A stretch of DNA of 63,468 nucleotides, counting the filler, from Neolecta irregularis DAH-3 (taxonomy: Eukaryota), in NCBI GenBank assembly GCA_001929475.1. It is 8 parts of 8 records of this genome, joined end to end, with 100 filler letters (N's around TTAATTAATTAA, not from the genome) between each part and the next. Parts side by side here need not be neighbours in the genome. Positions count along the whole stretch, not along the records: positions 12,582 to 29,845 come from LXFE01000835.1; 7 more parts are not named here. The stretch is one strand, 5' to 3'. Each line of letters opens with the position of its first letter. The stretch's first letter is position 1. The notes beneath the pieces are model-generated. The model was not told the DNA's origin. It ran no database searches and was given only the letters and a program-made list of their open reading frames with translations. Shown here piece by piece: positions 13,165 to 25,622 of this stretch. Both the position numbers and the translations under genes were made by a program.

Positions 13165-13750
13165 TCAATGACACGCCATACCTTTCGAATCCGTTGAGGG
13201 CATGAATATGTAGTAACCGAGAGTCGCACCAGTCATTACAGCAAGCATAACAAATCCCTAGATAGGTCAGCTGTGATCAAGGACCTATTACAATGCATTA
13301 CATTATAGGTCATAAAGATGAGCATGATTGAAAAACTCAAAAGAATTTGAATGCCGTAAAATATTGCTTTGATAACTTTTCGCCTTCTATTGACGTCAGA
13401 CTCGGTTTTGAGAACAATTTATACCGTCTAGAGTCCCCGGAAATTTCGGGGTCCATCAAAACTCGACCTTCATCGTCCGCATCACTACTATTATTACTTG
13501 ACCGCCGATTTGCCTTCATCCGATAAGTCTTCAACTCGAATTTCCGGCTATAGTAACGCAATCCTTCGTAGAACACACAGATCATAACGATTGCAAAAAG
13601 TGAAAGTATGAAGTTTGGAGTTCCAGAAATGTGCCATTGAGGAAACACGATACAGAGATTTTCGTAGGACCAAGTAAATAGCATGTTCATACTGCACATC
13701 GGCTTTGAGTGATCCATCCCTTCATGATGCCCATTGTGTTCATGGTCCAT
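13165..13750 (-). CDS. Ctr-family copper transporter (Ctr2/Ctr6-like)
   Basis: His/Met-rich N-terminus, CSMNMLFTW, YEGLR, MLIFMTYNG (MxxxM), C-terminal ACH; two introns. Confidence 0.92.
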
Positions 13751-13860
13751 ATCGTCGCGAACTATTCGACTACAAGAGGATTGTGGAGCCGCTCAGATTA
13801 TCTGGAGCCTATTTGGTGGGGGTGTTGAACCCTAACCACCTGCAAAACTTGAATTCACCA

Positions 13861-14190
13861 TACCACCACACCTATTTTCACTTCAATATATTACATATTT
13901 CTCAACCTTTCACTTCAAAAAGGTCTTGATATGGCACATAGTCATGATTCTGCGAGATCTCTGGGGACATCCTAATGCTAGGTGTTTTGCCTTTTCCTTC
14001 AATTAATACCTGTTGTATGTNNNNNNNNNNTTACCACCACACCTATTTTCACTTCAATATATTACATATTTCTCAACCTTTCACTTCAAAAGGTCTTGAT
14101 ATGGCACATAGTCATGATTCTGCAAGATCTCTGGGGACATCCTAATGCTAGGTGTTTTGCCTTTTCCTTCAATTAATACCTGTTGTATGT
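13861..14190. repeat. About 160-bp direct duplication flanking a 10-N gap (probable unmerged contig overlap)
   Basis: 13861-14020 is nearly identical to 14032-14190. Confidence 0.85.
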
Positions 14191-14814
14191 CGAACATTGA
14201 CTTTTTATCGATTGTCGAACTAGGGACAATGGGCTGCAGGGGTCTTAACTTACAAAGCGCACCTTGATAGGGATCAAAATAGACATACTCTTCATGCTAT
14301 GACCCTTTTCCATAGGCTTCAAACCTAGAATGCGTTTCAACCTTTTTTAAAGAAGCTACAAGCGAATCAATTGCTGCCCCCTTTTGAACACGGAGCTTTG
14401 TTCGGGCCGACCAAGAGCCGCAGATACTTTGATTAGAAGGAGTCAGAACAGATTCTCTTCCATCTAGAGCTCTAGCCAAGGCAAGAGAAAGCTCGCTAGG
14501 CCGTTTGGGTAGGCTGGATGAAAGCTACGACGATATAGTTTATAGCACAAGCCTTGCAAGCTCAACACTTGCACTCCAAATTGACCCGTAATCTGACATT
14601 TCTCCATCGGACTGACATCGAAAGTTGAAACGTCTATATAGGCCTTTCCTTTAGTCTAGACCTAACAAACTACTATATTAGCAAAAATACAGCGATATCT
14701 CGAAATGATAAATAGCGAACGATTCCGCCTTGCAAAACATTAACTCTCGACCCTCGTCCTGTCTTGAGTTTATTATTCGCTCGCTGATCAAATTATTCAC
14801 TAGCCTTTTCTACA

Positions 14815-15590
14815 ATGAAGCTCGCTAATATTTTCGCAATTGGCAGTCTCTGCCTTACAGGTATCATCGTTTCTGTTGAGATCTGACCGGTAAGCTTATG
14901 TCTCTGCGACACCAAGCAGCTACCAGCAGCAGCCGGCAATCACCCCATATATTCCAAATGTCCCTCTAGCGCTTCACAGTATGTGCGGAGAGATTTCTTC
15001 TGTTTGTGGCGCAATTCGTACCTTTTCGGATATTGAAGGTTTTCTCATGCTCCAGAGTCCTTGAGTGCACAAAACGTGCATCGAATTGAAGAGTTTTCGG
15101 TCCAGATTGTTGCAGTACTTTCCCACTACAAAACGGTTTTCTGGAGTTGTCAAGGGTTTGTCAAGGAAACCATCGTCTATGAATTCGCTATTACTCTCGT
15201 CGAAATAGCAAAAGCTTATGCCTTCTGCGAGACGCTCGCAGCAGGCTATCTGGATGAGTATGAAACCTCAGTCGGCGAGGGCCTTCTGAATCTTATCTTG
15301 CTCTTTGAATTTAAAGCGAGTGGGTTCATCGCTCTGCTTCGACAACAGTATGCTCTAAATATGCAAAACTGATCAAAAGGCTGCTTCAGATCGTTCAGCA
15401 AGGTTCCTCTGAAGTTGAGGTCAGTTCTTCCGCTAGCGCTGCCGCGTCCAGTACTGGCATAGTATCGTCAAGCACAGCGTCGGCCCAAGCTGAGGCCTCT
15501 TCCAGCGCTCAGAGCTTCGGACCCAACGGGGGGTCTTATGCTCTATTGATCCTACTTGATAAAATGTGCTATGGTTCCTTTAAATTTTAG
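14815..15590 (+). CDS. Secreted orphan protein with Ser/Ala-rich C-terminus
   Basis: Signal peptide MKLANIFAIGSLCLTAYVSA; three short GT-AG introns join the open frames; 3' end uncertain. Confidence 0.65.
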
Positions 15591-15856
15591 GAGCACAAAG
15601 TATCCTCGTTAAAGATCAGTCGGATTCCTCGGTCTGCCAGTTATTCGTGCGTTAAATACTGTAGCTGCATACATACCACTTCTGCGATTTTTTAATTCAA
15701 ACTCTTTTCTTATCGAACATAGTGTGCTTCGTCTACTGCCTATTCTGATTCCACAAGAATAGTCACGTTTCATATATGTACTGAAGTACTACTATTGGGG
15801 TTTCCTGGGTTTCTGGTACAAGCAACCCAGTCGGTCAAGGCATTATAGAAGAAGGG

Positions 15857-15977
15857 TAAGCTCGGCGCCGGTCTAACCGACACCCTCCTAAACCAGACAC
15901 AGTCTAAATATATAATAAGAATTCCATATATTGTGTCGGGTTCGGGGGGGTTGTCGGTTAAATCAGCGCTGAGCTTA
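15857..15977. mobile_element. Palindromic MITE-like element
   Basis: About 45-bp imperfect inverted arms (TAAGCTCGGCGCCGGTCTAACCGACACC / GGTTGTCGGTTAAATCAGCGCTGAGCTTA) around an AT-rich spacer; shares the TAACCGAC core with the 210-332 element. Confidence 0.65.
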
Positions 15978-16356
15978 GTGAATGTACCGCCAGCACCTGC
16001 CTTATAAATAGAGGAGGCGAAGCTGTGTTGATACGGACTATACAATAGCAAATAATAATTCCTTGGCGCAAAGGATTTTGTTCTACAAAGCAGGCTGGGT
16101 AGGGAAATTTTAAAGGAAACTGAGAGATCCTTTGGACCGCCAGATCAACTGTGGTAAAATCTCCTAGTCATCATGCCTTCCTTGAATTCTTTAAAATCCG
16201 CAATCTCTCTTATAACAAACATGAGGTATCCTTTGCCCACTGCGTAGAATGTGAAAAACAGGAATTCTCGATTCATGTCTGGTTTTTTGGAACTCAAACG
16301 AACAGCTACATCAGAGGTATGTTACCAAAATATTTATTTGCAAAACTTCAAGATCG

Positions 16357-16903
16357 TTACAAATGAAATCCTATGCAATCTGTAATCTCCCTCATGCCAT
16401 TTAAAAATCCCAACGCAACGATCATAGATCTCATGGTGCTTCTCCTCACCCATGTCTTCAACATTCTCCGAGTCTCGACCAATCCTGCTTCAGATTCACT
16501 TCCTCGACGTTTAACTTCCTTCAAATGGCGGATCATTGGAGCCATAAAAATCACAGTGAACGGAATTGCACTGGCAGTGATCAACGCGTTGAATATCATA
16601 TGTCGTCGAATAATTTGCGAGGGCGCGAAATAGGCAGCAATCCCGAATCCTATGCCGGAAAAAACCGAAAGAGGGCCAAATAACCTTTTGGCCATGTCAT
16701 ATTGAGTTGCCCATTGCTGGAGTTGACTCTGAGGCGTTCCATAGGCTAGAATTGAGGGTGTTGAAATGAACGAAATGACAAGATTTCCCCCTATTTTGTG
16801 TTACATTCACTTGAGACTTGACAAATATACCGGTGAAAAGGCTGGAGGCCAAAACGCCTGTGACTAGACCTGTAGTGTAGAAAGAAGTCTTTGATATGTG
16901 CAT
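16357..16903 (-). CDS. DUF1772 (anthrone oxygenase-like) membrane protein
   Basis: After one intron: LQQWATQYDMAK...SAIPFTVIFMAPMIRHL...LKTWVRRSTMR; four hydrophobic segments. Confidence 0.7.
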
Positions 16904-19246
16904 TCTGGAGGTGAGGAGTAATATTCTCTACTTTGATGATGACGTGATCTGCTTATAAATATAACAATACATTCACCGGCCACCAGAAAAAGATATCATG
17001 TTATTCTAAAATATGAAATTTTGATATTGTTTTTTTATGTTATTTTGCACAACACAATCAGTATAACAACCTATCCTGGAGGAAGCAACTAATGATAATA
17101 CCTATAAATTCTATAAGTAGATAGCTGGATCCTCACGTATACTCATCTTGTACCACACTGAGTATAGGTGAGATCCAATCTTGTACTATGTTGAGTATAG
17201 ATTTGGTTCAGTCTTTACTCCCTCCATTTAGAACCCTAGTATCCTACTACCCCCTAATGTAATAGGTTTAGAGAAGTTGTCTTGACTCAGTCTAAATTAA
17301 TCAAACATGTTCTTCAAGGAGATCAGGTGGTCCGTTTAGTCCGAAAGTTTATTGTGGTCAAGGGCATTCGTTCAGCTTATCTGATGAGCCGTCTTCTGGT
17401 ATTGATACTAGTAATAACGCTGTTCAATCCACGCTAACTGATTTCAAAAATTTCGAATTTGGAATTTGGTACTTCACAAGCGTGGGAAAAAAGAGGCTAT
17501 TAGAGCGTCTGAAGTGAACTAGTTTCCCATTGTTCAGAGTTCCCATATCTAGTAAAATAGATCTGCGTTGTCCGACTGAATGCTATCAGTAGTCATTTTC
17601 AATGAATAGCGCGAAACAGGTATCGATTGATTTCACGTCGATTACATCATCCTCGTCATCCCGAAATTAAATCCCTAAACTCCCTTTCACAAAACTTCTT
17701 GGCGAAGAACTGGCATTCTAGTTTTGACAAAGTTAGTCTGTGAGTTTTCTTGATGGAATTCCATTTCCACGAGTGAAGAAAATCTGAATGGAAAGCCAAA
17801 GGGGCGAGCAGACCTTGAAAGTATGATAGAACCGCAGGTTATTCTATTAAAGATACTTTTTCTTAGCCCTATATGTTTTAGCTTCCCACGCGATTTACGT
17901 TTCCCATGGATACAATAACAAACCTCTGTTTTAGTGACTTGTTTCTCACTGGTCTCGAATGACCAAAGTCCCTTTGAAATGGAAAACAAAACAGAACACC
18001 ATTCGCAAATAAATTTAAGTAGTTCAGAAAGCAATGGTACGAAACTTTGATCTCGCAAATCAAAAGAAGATTGATAAAATGCAGTGTTCTTCTCATCGAG
18101 CTAATTTGACTACTTGAGACTTTGGGAGAGCCATTTCTCGGATGCGGGGCTATTTTTCTCTCCCGGCTAGGTAATGTTCAATGCTAGTAGGATACTCAAG
18201 TTTGGCGTGTTTTATTGTTATTAGCACTGGTGAAATATTTAAAACATGACGTCAATATTGTGGGACGTTCACGTTGGGATCATCAATGTCGCACTTGATG
18301 TTTGGCTGGTTAATTCATCACTGAGACGTTTGAGCGACATTTGGAGGCGGTCGGGGAATTAGTGTAGTTTAGGGGATTTAATGACTTAATGGTCCCACGG
18401 TTGCACAATCTTTCTTTGTCTTGTAATATATTTGGCTGAAAAAGAATGGTTCTGTCAAGAGTAGCTTCTGCCGGAGGAAGTCTTGGAGAAAGGGGGATTT
18501 GACCGCATATGATGATCGAATGACGAGCATGGTGTTATAATGCCGATCAAATATCGATCTTACTGGTGGTGTTTCTCGAGTTGAGAATGGCAGTTTTACT
18601 GGTAGTCACACAGAAGAGGGGATTCCTGTTGTTCGGATAGTCCGTTGACAAGCGTCAGGCTCGCTTGAATCAGAGTGTCAGGTTCCGGTAGTTTGGCAAA
18701 GTGGCTGTTCGAGACCAGTTTCAAGTGTGATGTTTCGTTAGGAATGCACTAGGGGCGGGGATCGCATTTCGCTCAAGGGCGATTACCAGGCGATTATGGC
18801 CTGCGCACAAGAGGTTCATAGCCGAGAACTGGAGCTCAAGGAATCCAGAACGGTGTTATCACAAAGCTTGTCTTCCTGAGGAGGAGCAGTAGCGCGATCT
18901 GCTGTACTGAACGAGGAGCTACGCTAGTCTTTCGATGTTCCGGGAGAGAACGAGTGACAGGGCCAGGCCTGCGCCTGTGGACACGGGGAGATTTGCTCAG
19001 AACGCGGGGCGCGTATTTTCTGGGCCGGAGAATTAGGTTATTTTCCGAGACGGGAGGGATGCTGGGTAGACGGGGGCGGTATTCAGGGCGGGACGACGCG
19101 GGATGCGTGCGGAGAATATAGCAGCAGCAGCAGCGTTTTCACAGATCAAGAGATGCAATAGAGGAGTACAGAGGCGGAAACGTGGTGGAGTGGTTCAGCA
19201 GCAAGCGCAGCTCAGAAAAACGCACTATCCTGGATCAGGCGCTGTT

Positions 19247-19256
19247 CTATAAATAG
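19247..19256. promoter_or_regulatory. MEF2/Rlm1 consensus site CTA(W)4TAG overlapping a TATAAA box
   Basis: CTATAAATAG about 150 nt upstream of the MADS-box ATG in an otherwise GC-rich promoter. Confidence 0.6.
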
Positions 19257-19405
19257 CACCCGCCTGGCCAACGCCCGCCCGCCGTTTCTACAAAAGCTGA
19301 CTGTCGCGGCGCCTTTGCTTTTGCTGCAGCCGGACAAAGCTTGTTTGTTTCTTGTGCCGCAAACTTTGCTGCGCGCCGCCGTCCCGTCCCGCGCCGCCGC
19401 ACACC

Positions 19406-20722
19406 ATGGGCCGTAGAAAGATCGCCATCAAGCCTATCGTCGATGACAGAAATAGGTATTTAGCCTATAGCCGTTTCTTTGCCTGATCCGCTTATAGATC
19501 CGTCACCTTCCATAAGCGCAAGAACGGCCTGTTCAAGAAGGCCTACGAACTCGCCGTGCTGTGCCAGGCAGACGTCGCGCTGATCGTGTTCGGCCAGAAG
19601 GGAAAGCTGTACGAGTTCTCGAGTTGCGAGATCCACGAAATCCTCCACCGCTATGCTGAGGTGCGCGTTCTGTCACGGGCAAGACACTGACAAGCTCAGT
19701 CCGAAGGCGAGCCGAGGGAGGTGAAGCGGCTGCAAGACGTATCTCTGTACTTTGCATATACTGAGTCCTAGTATCGGGAAAAGCTCGGGGACCAGGACGA
19801 AGACGACGACTTTGACGATCCAGAAAATATATATGGCACTCCTCCGCTAGTCCACAAGGCAGTGGATTCGTCAATGTCCACTCTTCCCATGGCTATGAAC
19901 GGCTCCTCGAACGAAGGCGGCTCCCACATGTCGACGCCCAGCCTGCACAATATCACTCCTCCAATTCCAAGAATAGACCAGTCTCCGCGCATCCAGTCGC
20001 AAGTGTATGGCCAGAATATCGGATACTCTGCGCCCGGATACAATCAGATACATGCTGCTGCCGGCTTCCCGCCGGGGCTAAACCATCCGGGATCGTATTA
20101 CCAGCAGTCACAGCAGTACTATTCTCACATACCCGTATCTGCCTAGAGGTAACAAAAAGACTGATAGTAGGAGCCTCGGCGACACCAATCAGTCTCGTTT
20201 CCGCAGCCAAACATCCCGCAGCAGCACATTTATACACGAAACTCTATCGATCCCATTATCACGAATCGCGACGATTGCCCTCCTAACAAAAACCGGACTC
20301 GAGAAACCTCATATTTGCATCCTCAGCAGCAACAGCCGTTGTATTCCCGCGACCATTTCCCGCCACGATCCCAATCAGTTGATCTAACCGCCCTCTCTCG
20401 CCCCCGGTTGAGTGTCCAGATCCCCCTCGAATCGCGGCAGCAGCGCCACAAGTCCGAAGAAGCCTCTGATGACAGGACAATGACAAAGTCCGCGTATTTG
20501 CCACATCCAAGTCCTACAACAGCCGTCTACCACCCACCCGCACCCCCAGATCCCACTCCTTTATCCAGCATCCCACCAAGTCGTTATGCAGGGCCTTTCA
20601 GTCCCGCAGGCGATATTTATCAAGGTCTATTTGGGAAATCAGATACCCAGTACAAACGTCAGAGAGACGACGACGAAGACGGTGCAAGTGAAGGCAAACG
20701 GTCGAGAGTCGAAGGCGATTGA
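19406..20722 (+). CDS. MEF2-type (Rlm1-like) MADS-box transcription factor
   Basis: [61 protein letters not shown] docking-like RPRLSVQIP; four introns. Confidence 0.93.
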
Positions 20723-21327
20723 CGGGGAAACGGGACTCTGTGCATATTCGTGTTGAATATTTTCTCTCTCGATTTTGTGGTATTTCGGGCTTGCTTTTTT
20801 GTCCCCCTCTGTTCTGCTGCTCTTCATTGATATAGGAAGGGCTTTATATTTGTAGTTTTGCATCTTGTTTCTTACAAACGGTTGAAAAACTTTTTGTGAG
20901 TTGTTTGTTTGAGGCGGTGTGGAAAGGAGCCGGCCGCACTGGTATTTACGTCATCTATGACGCTATATATGTTTGGGATATTGATTGATGGGTAGCGAAC
21001 TAGTTGTGTGAGTTTAAGGGAATGTTTTGCCCTTTGGGCCTAGACTCAAATTTGGAGCATTCGGGTCCTTCCCACGTTTGTCGAAACGAGTGTAAAATTA
21101 TCTTATCTTGTCTCAAGATACCTTGGTTGAACAAAACAGAAATGGAAGCAATGTTTATCACTTTCAAAGAGAATCGAGTATTCATTGGCTTTTAAATAAC
21201 TCGAAAGATTTTCAGTAGGGTATGTATGCGGATCTGAATTCGCTATTCAAACTGCACTGGTCACTTATAACGTATGAATAAAAACAACCGTCCCCTAAAG
21301 AAACTTGAAAAAAAACATTTATTATTC

Positions 21328-22420
21328 TTAGCGTGATTCCAAGTCTTCCAACATCACTGGATGGGAATTCATCTCCCTATCCTCCTGAGAATTTAATCTC
21401 TCTTCTTCAGCCTTCGGTTTGTGCAAAGGTAGGAACGAGCCTTCTGTTCGCTCAAACTCATCCTCCAAGAATCGATATGCACGACCAGCATAGTGAGTGT
21501 GCACGAGACTGGGATAGTACTGTCGATACGATAACCAAGCCATCAGCGCACCAATAGCAGAACCAACGATAACGTCAAACGCGTGGTGGCGGTAGTCCAT
21601 TGATCGAGAGATCGCACACAGGGAAGCAGCCATCAATGGGCTGGATGGTAGTCAGAATAGTAAGACAAACAAAGGGTACACTAGTAATATGAACGTCTTG
21701 TACACGTACCCTCGTTGGTCCAAGAGACGGATCTTGCCGGCCAGGAAAAAAAACAAGAACCCTTCGCCAGCCCAAGACGCTTCCACATTAGCTCGTTTGA
21801 TTATAGCAAAAGGCGCGTACAAGAACTATGGCCACTTGGAAATGAGCGAAACCCATCTTTTAAAATAGCATGATTGGTTTGCGTACATATATCGCTCGTC
21901 GCAAGTCCGAATGATATGGGGTTTGTTAGCTGGTTGGGTAAACAACGAGCAATGAAATCTTGCAATTTAGCAAAACTATCTCTTCCTGGCAAAATGAATA
22001 CCTGGTCTAGGTCTTCCCACGGTATTCTTAAAGATTGCAGTGATAGTAATTGCCGCACCAAGAGCCAATAAACACCCTAAAAGAGCAAAATGGCCTTCCC
22101 ACAAGCGCTCCCTAAAGCTTGTATTTCGTCCCGTAATACTAGGTTCAACAAGAGACCAGATTAGCATGATCAGAGCTGGACCCAAAAATGAAATTATGAA
22201 GAGCAACCATAAAGGAATTCGTTCAGGATCAGCCATTGGATATTGTATCGATGTGTCAGTTAGTGAGAAGTGCCGGTGATATGGTTCTGTTCGGTCCAAA
22301 CTTATAAAAGCAAAGATGAAGATTAAAACCAAGACGTAATCGACAAGGTACGTGAATGCTGATCAATGAGCTACTGTTTACGGAAATAGAGGTACGCTTT
22401 CGATGATGTCGTTTGGCCAT
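21328..22420 (-). CDS. PAP2-family lipid phosphate phosphatase (DPP1/LPP1-like)
   Basis: KNTVGRPRPDFIARC, SFPSGHSS, SRSMDYRHH catalytic motifs. Confidence 0.92.
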
Positions 22421-22959
22421 TGGAGTTGTCCAATAAGGGGGAGATTGACAAGCCTTAAACCCGAGTCGCATTATTGTCTGCAGCGCCACTCTAATTGTAA
22501 GATCCTGAGCTGCGCTCAGAAGTCGTTTTAGATTGTCAAAAAGATGTGAGATTTCGGTAGGGGAATTATCAATTCAATTTTCAATGACCATAAAACATAT
22601 CCAGCCTTAATGGTCCCTTTGAGAGTAACAAGTGTGCGGACTCTACACTCAAGGTAGACTTGGTTGAATACGCAATTATGGGGTGGTTACTTGTGGTACA
22701 GGTAACTACTATTCGTATACTCGGTATAAGCCTGGTCCGCTAGCGGGGCGGCCGGGCCTGACTCTACTTGTATGTTTGCTTCTCTGTAAGTGTTGAAGCC
22801 TGTCACAGGAAAACGGTACACGTAGTATTTTCTGGTTGTCTGATTGGGTTTTCTATTATTATACGCTCCCTTGGTTTACTACAATGCGTGGCTCATACTT
22901 GTAAAACTATAAGTAGTCATGTAGCTGCCTCTTTGTACGTCGTTGGATAATGTTTGTCA

Positions 22960-23200
22960 GCAGACAGGTTGTAGCTGTAGAGTCTTTGAGGTTTTAGGAT
23001 TCTGGAAACATAGAGGAAAAAGAGGAAAAAGATTCTTTGATTCTTAGCGGGATGGATAGAGCATTATCCAACCATCCTACAAATGTGCAGATACAGGACT
23101 ACTTATAGATTTACAAGAATGAGCCATGTCATTGTAATAAAATCAAGGAAGAGAAAACCCATCAGATAACCAGAAAACACCATGTGTACGAGTTTCTTGC
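22960..23200. repeat. Diverged dispersed repeat, second copy at about 44470-44720
   Basis: Shared blocks TGTAGAGT.TTTGAGG, GATTCTT.GC..GGATGGATAGAGCA.TATCCA and TACAGGACTA in the same order. Confidence 0.6.
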
Positions 23201-23620
23201 GACATGCTCTATCCATCTACACAACTAAAGATCGAGCGGCGCCGAAGAAGACAGGGCCAGTCGAGGTGGAGACTGGGGATAAGGCGAGCGGGGGTTGAGG
23301 ATAGGAGAACCCCTAGCCCTAAGGTCTTGTGGATGGCATCGACGCGACGACAGAGGGGCTGGCGGAGTGTGATGGAAGTGCTGCTCCAGTTGTCGCAGTG
23401 GGAGAGGGGCTGCACCAGTCAGGGTTGATCTAAGTCCATGGACTGAAAGCCCATGGACCCTAATGGGCTAGGCTAAGTCCATGGTCAATCCACTGGTGGT
23501 AGATGTTATCGGAGTGGCAGGTATATCAACGAGTGGGCTTACGGTTCCGTACAATTACTTAGGTTAGAACATACCGGGTCTTATTCGTACTTCGGGCGTT
23601 GACTTACAATTCGTTACGAT

Positions 23621-24653
23621 ATGTGGATCATTTGTTTGATTCTCGTTATACGCCTGTCATCGAATATGCATGCGACTGCAGACGATTTGGCTCCTGTATA
23701 AGACTTTTCCATAATAAATGTTTCAGATTACTAGACCAAAATTCATTCGCATAACGATTATTTAAAACCTCGTCCTCTTTTCGATGCATTGATTTGGAAG
23801 TGCGGGAGCCTTGAAGCGGATGTATGGTTGAGAGATGGGGCGCTATACGTAAGTGATCAGATGAATCCTGATTGACTGTGCAGGTTGCGCATGAGGAAGA
23901 AGACATCAATACTAATCAGACTCTATCTTCATTATATCTCGAGCCTTTGAAATCGATATTGACGCAGAACATGGATCATGATGGCAAGAGGTAAGCAATG
24001 ACACTGAAGTCTCTCATCTCAATTCAAATAGCTCTATTTATCCAGATTACCCAGAAGTTTCGCTCCAGTTTCTTATTGAATCAAAGTACCCAACTAAACT
24101 CGAAGATCCCGGAGAGATTGAGAAAATTGGGATAGCCACTGTCAAAGCTATCGAAGAAGCTTTAAAGCCACTTAATAACTGGTTGACATCTTACTCGAAG
24201 CCAACCGGTGTGTCGAAAGGTCCAATAACAGCGGTATTGACAGTATTTCAATACCATTGAGAATATTCTGACTTTTAGGGGAATTCCCCAGTTACATATA
24301 TTTCACAACTATCGTCTCGTAGTTACTTCTGCGACGCCCCGTTGGACCACCTCACAAACGTCTATTCCCTTGATATTTCCCCCTTAGCCTCAGCAAGTTG
24401 GTTAGGTACGGTCAAACGGGATGGATACCTAGCTCCCTCGGAGTGTGAAATCGAGCACATCTGCGAGCTGATTTCGGCCGCCCACAAAAGTAACCTTACA
24501 ACCCGATTCTTTGGAACTCCGGACATTCCGATAATACAGGAAAATATCTGGCAGATCCTGTTGGAGCAAGGAAGTGATTGGTTGAATGCGGATGATCTGC
24601 CCAATGCTACAAGTTTCTATAGAGAGTTTATCAAACAGAAGTCGGTTCATTAA
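23621..24653 (+). CDS. AIM6-like PLC-like phosphodiesterase with signal peptide
   Basis: IHSHNDY..PRPLFDAL, SLEADVWL, LYVAHE, TLSSLYLEPL, GPITAVLTG, RFFGTP, WLNADDL. Confidence 0.85.
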
Positions 24654-24664
24654 CTTTAAATTTA

Positions 24665-24938
24665 GTAAGCAAGCAAATCTAAAGGACAAAAATTGGCAAG
24701 TAGGCGAGTACAAAAACGTAGACTTTACTTTTAATATATCTTTTCTTTTACAGTTAGCCTATACGCTGCAATGCTTACAATATGGTGAGACGCCCTAGAA
24801 ATCTATCAAGCAAGCCCATAAAAGCAAGTCCAAGGAGGCAAGTAAAATACCAAGTCCAAGCAAGAATGTCCAAAGGCCTGAAATATGCAGGCAAGTCCAA
24901 AGCCCAGACTTGGACTTGCTTACTTGTTAGCAACTCTG
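24665..24938. repeat. GCAAGT-rich transposon-end relic; related copy at about 29236-29400
   Basis: GACAAAAATTGGCAAGTA.GC.AGTACAAAAACGTAGACTT at about 24684 and 29321; many CAAGT/ACTTG motifs. Confidence 0.65.
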
Positions 24939-25622
24939 CCTTTAGGTCACAAGCTTTTATCGTGATATTTCAGAGGCGCTTACTTTCTACAAATAGCGAG
25001 ACCTGCCTGGCCAGTTTCCTTTGTACATGAAGTCAAATGATTATTTCTCTAGTTCGTTTGTGGATTGCCTAACACTTAAGCATACTTTCATTTTCCTGAA
25101 ATGATATAAAGATCACCATTCTGAAATCAGAGTGCAGGCGAGAATGGATTTGATTTCAGGTGAAGGACAGCTACCGAAGCCAATACAAGTAAAAATTCCT
25201 CGATCCTTACACCGGCCGATAAATATCAGACGAATACAGCCATCGATTTGGTTATACAGACCCTGTCCAAATATTCCAGATCCTCTAGAAATCTAAAATT
25301 TAATCCGTTTCTATTCTTGGAAATTAATGTCCTAATCTACGCAGTTCTCATCTATAACAGATGAAGCCTGTCAAAGTCTAAAGAACGTCTTTCCAATCAT
25401 ATTTTTCAAATATCATCCACTTGAGTAATGCACTGTATTTACCGAGTGACTTCTTGGCAACATAATCGAGACGAGTACAGATGATTGATTACGTTAGGCA
25501 CTCACTTTGTCGTAAACGTCAACCAAGTAAAAATTCTGGTGTTGAATTTTTTGCGGGTTTGTTTACTTAAGCAACCACTACGAAACCAACCATCGTGAAG
25601 CAACCACGAACCAACCCTATGA

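Noticed and set aside
13861-14190. Apparent tandem duplication upstream of the Ctr gene
   Set aside because: The copies flank a 10-N gap, typical of an unmerged contig or haplotype overlap
17687-18096. Minus-strand ORFs of 123 and 72 aa
   Set aside because: No recognisable motifs or convincing gene structure
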